A stretch of 63,563 bases of DNA, filler included, from Chrysochromulina tobinii (Eukaryota), in assembly GCA_001275005.1 (NCBI GenBank). It is 6 parts of 6 records of this genome, joined end to end, with 100 filler letters (N's around TTAATTAATTAA, not from the genome) between each part and the next. Parts side by side here need not be neighbours in the genome. Positions count along the whole stretch, not along the records: positions 1 to 16,238 come from JWZX01000734.1; 5 more parts are not named here. The stretch is one strand, 5' to 3'. Position numbers and translations under genes: made by a program. This document shows, piece after piece, positions 1 through 8,500 of this stretch. Below the pieces are notes generated by a model, which was not told the origin of the DNA, did no database searches, and saw only the letters and a program-made list of their open reading frames with translations. Within the stretch, counting starts at the first letter, position 1, and every line of letters begins with the position of its first letter.

Positions 1-1032
1 CGACGAGACGACGACCAAGGGGAGCGCGTCCATGCCGTCGGAGGTCTCGACGGAGCGCGCGATGGACCACTTGTACTCGGCGCCCAGATGCTCGATGCCG
101 GCGAGCTCGAGCAACTGGCTCCACACGACGATGATGGTGAAGAAGCCCCAGAAGCGCCGCCCGTCGCCCGTCGCGTTGGTGTCGCAGAGGGACGCGCCCG
201 TCGCGGCGCTCCGCACGACGTCGCAGCCCGTGACGGTCGTGAAGGGTCCCAGCGGCGAGCCGCCGCGCGGCCAGCGGTAGCCGAGCGACCACGGGTCCGC
301 AGCGGCCGTCGTCGAAGCGAAGAGGGGGATGCGCGAGAGCAGGGCGCTCTGGCCGTACTTGCAGAAGGCGGTGCACTTCGTGAGGGGCGACAGGATCTTC
401 TTGGGACCCTCGATATGAATCTTCCGGTCCGTCAGCGCGAGGACGACCGCCTGGCGCCGGTTGGCGATGACCGAGCTCGCATTGAACAAGTCGTGCCCGC
501 CACCCACGTCTCCACCCACGGACCCGCCGCCCGACGACACGGGGGGGTAGATGGCCGCGACGCGGCCGTACGGCGCAAGCTGAACGTCGTTGATGGCTGG
601 CGACGCCATGACGAGCGCCGGCGCCGCGCGCGTGAACCATCTCTGCACGGCCTCGTGCGTCGGCGGTGGCCCCGACTCAACGAAGGTCGCCGCCGCGAGC
701 GACGGGTTGAGCGCGCCGCGCAGAACCGCGCCGAAGGAAACCGCGACGGACGAGAGGAGCGTCTGCGCGCGCACCTGGCGCGCGATCGCCTCCGAGTTAG
801 TGTACCTCATCATGACGCCGTGGCCCCCGCCGGCGAGCACAGCGAAGACGACAGCGGCGAGGCCCAGAAAGCGGCACGGTGCCGCGCGCAACTCGCGCCA
901 ACCGCGCCACGCCGACACGCGTGCACAGCGCGGCGCGCGTGCAGCGCGCTTCGCCGCGCCGGCGGCGCGCGGTGCCGGCGCGAGCTTGCGTTTCATGACG
1001 TCGTCGTCGACGACGGACAGGACGTGCACCAT
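1..1032 (-). CDS. CHASE-domain membrane sensor, N-terminal part; runs off the window start, so the output domain is not visible
   Basis: Hand translation from ATG 1032 (or 996) stays open to base 1, so the ORF track misses it. A hydrophobic segment (FLGLAAVVFAVLAGG) is followed by CHASE-like motifs: INDVQLAPYGRVAAIYP, GHDLFN, NRRQAVVLALTDRKIHIEGP, LLSRIPLF, FWGFFTIIVVW. Confidence 0.8.
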   Translation of the reverse strand, partial: MVHVLSVVDDDVMKRKLAPAPRAAGAAKRAARAPRCARVSAWRGWRELRAAPCRFLGLAAVVFAVLAGGGHGVMMRYTNSEAIARQVRAQTLLSSVAVSFGAVLRGALNPSLAAATFVESGPPPTHEAVQRWFTRAAPALVMASPAINDVQLAPYGRVAAIYPPVSSGGGSVGGDVGGGHDLFNASSVIANRRQAVVLALTDRKIHIEGPKKILSPLTKCTAFCKYGQSALLSRIPLFASTTAAADPWSLGYRWPRGGSPLGPFTTVTGCDVVRSAATGASLCDTNATGDGRRFWGFFTIIVVWSQLLELAGIEHLGAEYKWSIARSVETSDGMDALPLVVVSS

Positions 1033-1320
1033 ACATGGAATGTTTTCGCAGTGGTACGGGAAAACCGGGGCTTTTTTAGGGTTAAATTGCCGGCACCTTT
1101 TCGGGTCCGTCGATTCTCCATTAGTAGGAAAGTTTGCTTTTGGAGTCCGAACCATACCTGTACTCGCACGCACTCGAGGGTTTAGCGTACCTCCCCAAGC
1201 GATGAACGTGTACTACGGCGATCGTGTACATGTACTCGATGGGCGTTGTCGACCAAGTTGAGCCTTCTCTGGGTTTTCTTGTGAGAATGGTGTAGGATTC
1301 TGATTGGGGCGCTGACAATT

Positions 1321-1640
1321 CAGCGCTGTGGGGCGGGGGACTGAGGATTCAGCCGGTAAAGTCGGGGTGTGTAGGATTCAGCCGGTAAAGTCGGTGTGAG
1401 TGTAGGATTCAGCTGTTCACTCCCGTGTGTAGGATTCACCATCATCGGAAACGCGAATCCTACAATCCTTGGAGCCAGAGGACCACGCTCGCTCACCGAA
1501 TGCTGACGTCGCCGGTCGTGGATGCCCGTGCCCGGAACCGTGAATCCTACACACACCGGTGTGAACAGCTGATCCTACACACCGACTCGTTTACCGGCTG
1601 AGGATCATCAGACTTCAGAGTCAGTGCCGCCCCGCGCGCT
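1321..1640. repeat. Imperfect foldback (inverted repeat) built from GTGTAGGATTC subrepeats; MITE/foldback-like
   Basis: 1380-1438 (agccggtaaagtcggtgtgagtgtaggattcagctgttcactcccgtgtgtaggattcac) is an approximate reverse complement of 1540-1599 (gtgaatcctacacacaccggtgtgaacagctgatcctacacaccgactcgtttaccggct). Confidence 0.7.
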
Positions 1641-2080
1641 ACCCGCGCGCCGCGCCCGCACGGGCCGCGGCACCACGCGGGCGGGCGCTGAATCGTGAGC
1701 GGCCGCCCGCTATCCGTGAATCCTCCGGGCGCATTAACATATGAATACCTCGCATAGATTGTCGACCTCCATCCTCCTCAACGACCGGACCCAACGTGCA
1801 GACCCAACGTGCAACCTACCGGAAATCAAACGAAACACATCGGAATGGCTTGGCACACGCGCGGCCAAGCCCCCCCCCCTCACCGCACAGCTTCGATTCC
1901 TCACCCGCGCAGCGGAGCCTGGCCACGAAACACACACCGCAGTCTTCCTCTCTAAAAAGCCGCGCCACGCTCAGCGCCACACCACGTCAGGTAGTACGCG
2001 CCCCCACCACGATTTGCCGTACGCGCCGGCGTGTGGAACCAACATCTCCGAGATTGAATCTCCGGACCGTCGAGGGTGTC

Positions 2081-2254
2081 GTGAATGCACAACCATGCGA
2101 CCCCCCCTCGGCGTACTGCTGTTCACACCCCGAGGCCGCTCGAGCCTGCTGTGAATGCACAGCACCATGCGCCCTCGTGAATGCACACCCATGCGCCCCC
2201 TCCCCTCGGCGTACTGCTGTTCACCCCCGAGGCCGCTCGAGCCCGCTGTGAATG
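2081..2254. repeat. Two-copy tandem duplication of about 95 bp
   Basis: gtgaatgcac..ccatgcg..cccctcggcgtactgctgttcac.ccccgaggccgctcgagcc.gctgtgaatg occurs twice. Confidence 0.75.
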
Positions 2255-2501
2255 TGAACCGCGAGACAGAATCGGCGTGATCGGCGCGCCCCACTTGACG
2301 AAACACATGCGCACTCGCTGACACTCTGTACCATGCGCCACTCTGCCACCGCTGTGGGCAACCAGTCACGTGTGCCTTGCCTAATTCGGCTTGCCAGTCG
2401 ACTTGCCTAATCCGGCATGGTACTCGTCCTTTCACCGCCAAGGGTTTGGCGCGAGAGCTGGACTCGGACTCGGTCCATCCAGCCCACCTAGCCATCTTAT
2501 C

Positions 2502-5500
2502 TTAGGCAGTGAAGTCCTCCTCCTCCGTCTTCGGCTTGCCCACCTCGGTCGAGACCATCTTCTCAAGCTTGCGCAGCTCGGGCTCGGGCAGGTCGGACTT
2601 ATCGACGTACCTGTGGGAAAGGGAGGAGAGGGCGCCGTGGTGAGCACTTGCATGCAGCCGTCGTGCTCGAGCGCGCCTCCGCCATCTCGAGCTTGGCGAC
2701 GTACCGCTTGGCGACGTATCGCAATCAGAGTTCATCAGAGGTAATCCGATCGAATTGGGGTCGCAATCAATGCCGCGGCACGACGTACCGCTTGAGCGAG
2801 GCAATCAGAGGTCATCAGAGGCAATCAGAGGTCATCAGAGGCCATCAATGCGGCGGCACGACGTACCGCTTGAGCGAGAGAGCGAGGAGCACATCTGCGA
2901 ACTTGACGAGCCCTCCCGGTTTCTCGACCTTGAGCTTCTTCGCGATGGACCTGGCGCTGTTGGCGGCGTCGTCCTCGCCGAAGGTGCCGAGGGGCGGGGG
3001 CACCTTTGCAATGAGCTCCGGCAGCATGCTTTCAGGGAGCTTGTTGTTGGCCTCCGGATCGAGCTCAGCCCATGCTTCCATGAAACCGTCAATGTCGGAG
3101 GGCGAGACGAGGTCGGGGTTCTGTGAATGTGAACAACGACGGGTGGTGGGCATCAGTGGTCATCAAGGGCGATGGTCATCAAGGGTCATCAATGGTCATC
3201 AAGTGATCATCAGTGGTCATCAGTGGTCATCAGTGGTCATCAGAGGTCATCAGTGATCATTTTCGCACCTGCTCGGAGAGCGAGGTGAAGTTCTCGATCC
3301 ATGGTCATCAGAGGTCATCAGTGGTCATCAGTGGTCATCAGTGGTCATCAGTGGTCATCAGTGGTCATCAGAGGTCATCAGTGATCATTTTCGCACCTGC
3401 TCGGAGAGCGAGGTGAAGTTCTCGAGGATCACAGCGACCATCAGGTTGAGGAACACCAACGTGCCGAAGAGCTGGAAGGTGACGAAATACGGGATCGCGA
3501 CCCATGAGCCGCAGTCGACGCCCTCGGTGCACAGGCCGGACTCTTCCTGCACGAGCGAATCTTGGAGCAGCAGCGTCCAGCCGTCGCCGGTCACCGACTG
3601 GAGCAGCAGCAGCATACCTGTGGGGAGAGGAGAGGGCGCCGTGGTGAGCACATGCATGCAGCCGTTGGTCACCGACTGGAGAAGCAGCAGCATACCGTTG
3701 CCCACGGTCTGGAAGTTGCCATCAGTTGCCATCAGTTGCCATCAGTTGCCATCAGTTTCCATCAGTTTCCATCAGTTTCCATCAGTTGCAATCAGTTGCA
3801 ATCAGCAGCATACCGTTGCCCACGGTCTGGAAGTTGCCATCAGTTGCCATCAGTTGCCATCAGTTGCCATCAGTTGCAATCAGCAGCATACCGTTGCCCA
3901 CGGTCTGGAAGTTGGCATGAGATTCGACGTTGTCCTGAAGGACCAACGTCGCGAACAGGTGCATGCCGAGGACGGCATAGATGAACATGACGAGCGCGAG
4001 CAGCGAGCACACGTTGAACACGGGTGGGAGAGAGAGGATGATGGTCGTGACGAGGTCACGCAGCCCCTTGACGCCCTTGAGGATGCGCAGGATCCGCACG
4101 ATCCGGAGCAGGCGGAGCACGCGGAGCAGGAATGGCGGCACCGGCAGGTAGGCCGTCAGGTCCGCCGCGAGGTCGTCGATGAGTGCGGTGCAGACGAGCA
4201 CGAAGTCGAAACGGTTCCAGCCGACCGAGAAGTAGCCTGATGAGGGGGCGCAATCGGAGGTGCAATCAGTCGCAATCAGAGGTGCACTCAATCGCAATCA
4301 GAGGTGCCATCACTGATGAGGGGGCGCAATCGGAGGTGCTCAGTCGTGCTCAGTCGCAATCAGAGGTGCCATCAGTCGCAATCAGAGGTGTGCTCAGTTG
4401 CAATCACGTACCAATCGGGCCGAGCGAGAAGATCTTGAGTGCAAACTCGGTATAGTAGACGCTGATAAAGAAGCGCATCGCGTAGTTGTACGCATCGCCC
4501 TTGGTCATCTCGAAGCCGGAGATCGAGATGAACGCGTCGTCCTCAAACTGGTACGATTTGCACGCCATCAGCAGCGTGTTCAGCAGGATGATCGTGATGA
4601 TGAAGATGTCGAAGTTGACCGACATGACGAGCTTGAAGATGTACATGCGCATCGAGCCTTCGGGCGGCGGCACTCCCTTCATCGGCTTCGCGAGCACAGC
4701 TGTCTTGATCGTCTGGACCCATTGGAGCTGAGCGCCGGTCATGGTAGCCGAGCCCGCGCCCGTCTCGGCGGCGATCGAGTTGAACGTCTCGACGATCGCG
4801 CCGATGAAGAGGTTGAGCGCGATGAAGGCGCCGACGAACATCCACGAGATCGTGAAGAGTGCGGCGGGCGAGTAGTCGTTGCGCACGGGCGCCAGGCCGG
4901 GGCCCTTGGCGGCCATCGCCTGGAACATCTCCGTCTCCCAGAGATCGCCCGAGGTCTGTGTGGAGATCGTGAGGAGATCGTGAGGAGATTGTGGGGAGAT
5001 CGTGGGGGGGATCGTGATGAGTCGTGAGGAGATCGTGAAGAGATCGTGAGGAGGGGGCGGCAAAACAAGGGCGCTCAAGGGCAAATCGATGGCAATCGAG
5101 GGCAATCAACCGGGAGAGCGTACCTGGAGGAAGAGCGCGAGCATCGCCGAGCCGAAGTTGTCGAAGGAGTTGCCTGGAGGGTTCTCCCACGTGTTGCCCG
5201 CCGTCACGCACTCCTCGACGGTGGCGATGGTCGGATCCTCCGTGCACATCGCGAAGGTGCCGGCGAACATCTGCATACCGAGGATGGGGCAAAGTCGGCA
5301 ATCAAGGGCAATCAAGGGCGATCAAGGGCGATCAAGGGCATCAAGGGCAATCAAGGGCACTCAAGGGCAAAGTCGGCAATCAGAGAGGCCGTCAGAGGCC
5401 GTCAGAGGGCCATCAAGGGCAATCAAGGGAGATCGCACCTGCATGCCGAGGATGGCGAAGACCGCTTGGATGAAGAGGTAGACGGCAAGCACATTCATGA

Positions 5501-8500
5501 CGGCCGGGATCGAGGCGATGAGGGTCGCGACGATCACTTTCATCGACTCAATGCGACCGACGAGCCGCAGGGGGCGGAGTGCACGGAGCACGCGGAGGGA
5601 CTTGAGGGGGGCGAGCGCCTCAATGTCGAGCACTTCCGCGGCGATGACGGTGACGGAGACGAGGACGATGGCGAAGTCGAGTTGGTTCCAGCCGTTCTTG
5701 AGGTAGGCTCGCTCGGTGAAGAGGAAGCCATAGGCGATGATCTTGAGGAGCGCCTCGGTCACGAAGATGGCCTGATGAGGGGGGCAATCATGCGGCCCAT
5801 CAGAGAGGCCATCAGAGCAGCCATCAGAGAGGCCATCAGAGAGGCCATCAGAGAGGCCATCAGAGAGGCCATCCGAGAGGCCATCAGAGAGGTCATCAGA
5901 GAGGCCATCAGAGAGGCCATCAGAGAGGCCATCAGAGAGGCCATCCGAGAGGCCATCAGAGAGGTCATCAGAGAGGCCATCAGAGAGGCCATCAGAGAGG
6001 CCATCCGAGGCCATCTGAGAGGCCATCCGAGAGGCGATCAGAGATGTTCACAGCTCCAGCGGCACGCACCGTGAACACGTAGTTGGTGAGCGTCAGCTGG
6101 GCTTCGAGAGGCGATTCGGGGTCAAGGAGTGGCGAGTCGATGGCGAGCGAGACCGACGAGGCGATGATGATGAACAGGATGAACATCTCAAAGTTCGGGT
6201 GACGCACGAACCACTCGCAACACCTGTGGAAGACATGGCGAGTGCGTCATCAGCGCGTCGTCAGCGCGTCATCAGCGCGTCATCAGCGCGTCATCAGCGC
6301 GTCATCAGCGCGTCGTCAGCGCGTCGTCAGCGCGTCGTCAGCGCGTCATCAGCTTACCTGCGAATGCCGTTGCGCGGGCCGAAGAGGCAGAGCGAGTGCT
6401 CCTGGGGCCATGGCAATCAACGGCAATCAACGGCAATCAACGAACCACTCGCCTCACCTGCGAATGCCGTTGCGCGGGCCGAAGAGGCAGAGCGAGTGCT
6501 CCTGGGGCCAGGGCTTCTCGACGAGCAGGTCAGACTTGGGCGGCGGCTTGGGTGGCTCCTCCACGGGGATCGGCTCCTCGCCTGGGGGGAGGGGGGGGAG
6601 CGCCGTGGTGAGCACTTGCATGCAGCCGATCGAGCCGGCTGTTCGACGGGGATCGGCTCCTCGCCTGGCTCGGGCTCCTCTTCCTCGCCGAATGCCGAGA
6701 GCACCATGCCTGCACGCAGAAAGGGGGGGGGGCGAGTGTGGGGGGGGGCGATGAGAGCAGCCGGCGGGGAAGGGGGAGCGATGAGTGTGGCCAGCGGAAG
6801 CCTTCGGTGCTATCCATGGCAATCAACGTCAATCAACCGTAATCCATGGTAATCAACGGGAGCGTACCGATGAAGATGTTCATGATGAAGGGACGCAATC
6901 AGCGGCAATCAATCAGCATGCAATTCGAGTCTGCGTACCGATGAAGATGTTCATGATGAGGAACGAGCCGACGCACATGCAAGGCACAAAGTACCAGAGG
7001 ACCTTGGGGCCGAGCACCGCCGAGGCAGCGAGAGAGGAGTCGACCCACTCGCCCGTGAACAGGATGAAGACCGAGATCAGGCCGGGCACGAAGTGGTCGA
7101 AGTTGGCGTAGTATGGGTGCTCCTCGAGGTCCGGGTTGGGGCAGACGGCGCCCGGGCAAGGCACCTCGGAGTAGCCAGCATCCTCGGTGTAGATGCCGCC
7201 GAAGAACTGTGGCGCAGGGGATGGTCAGGAGCGGTCAGGAGCGGTCAGGAGCGGTCAGGAGCGGTCAGGAGAGGTCATCAGCGGTCAGGAGAGGTCATCA
7301 GCGGTCAGAAGAGGTCATCAGCGGTCATGATCAGCGGTAATCAGGAGACATCCATTGCGTCAAATGGATGCCGAGGCAATCAAGGGACCATCAAGGGACC
7401 ATCAAGGGAGATCAAGGGAGATCGCACCTGCATGCCGGCGAGCACGAAGACGAGCATGAAGAGGAAGGTGACGATCCCGAGCGACGAGATCTTGGGGAAG
7501 ACGCGGATGAGGGTCGCCACGATGCTATAGAGCCCTTTCCACGACTGCATCAGGCACGGGGGACGCGCTGTGGTGAGCACTTGCATGCAATGCAGGCCGT
7601 CCGCATGCAATCACGATGTTATAGAGCCCTTTCCAAGACTGCACGGCGCGCTGTGGTGAGCACTTGCATGCAATCAACGCACCTTCATCAGGCGCAGGGC
7701 ACGCGCGATCCGAAGGAGACGCAGCATCCGAAGGAAGGAGAGCTGCGGAATCTCGCCGTCCGCGAAGACCGTGAGCACCTCCGTCACGAGGATCTCGAAG
7801 AGGGAGAGGAGCACAATCGTGCCGTCGAGCACGTTCCAGTTGTCCGCCCAGTAGCCGCCGCAACTGATGAGGGAGGCAATCAGGCAGGCCATCAGTGCCA
7901 ATCAATGGCATAGAGTGTTCCAGTTGTCCGCCCAGTAGCCGCCGCCCCCGAGGCGGAGGAGCTTGAGTAGCTTCATCAGTGGCAATCAATGGCAATCAGT
8001 GGCAATCAGTGGCAATCACCCGAGGCCGAGGAGCTTGAGTAGCTTCATCAGTGGCAATCAGTGGCAATCAATGGCAATCAGTGGCAATCACCCGAGGCCG
8101 AGGAGCTTGAGTAGCTTCATCAGTGGCAATCAGTGGCAATCAGTGGCAATCAGTGGCAATCACCCGAGGCCGAGCAGCTTGAATAGCTTCATCAGTGGCA
8201 ATCGATGGCAATCAGTGGCAATCAGTGGCAATCACCCGAGGCCGAGCAGCTTGAGGAACATCTCGAAGGCGAAGAGGAGCGTGATGACGAGACCGACGGA
8301 CTCGAGCTGCGCCGCATACCTGTGGGGAGAGGAGAGCGGGAGTTTCGTCAAGGAGAGCGCGCCGTGCTGAGCACTGGCATGTGCGGGGAGGGGGGGGGTT
8401 CGGACGAGTTCGGGCTGGGCCGTTTACTCCTCGCTCATGCCCGCGTATGGCATGCACATCAGGACCATGTTGATCTGTGAAGAACCGTGTGAAGGGCCGG

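Noticed and set aside
88..1261. Plus-strand ORFs 88-1185 and 590-1261
   Set aside because: They are antisense shadows of the minus-strand CHASE gene, as expected in high-GC DNA.
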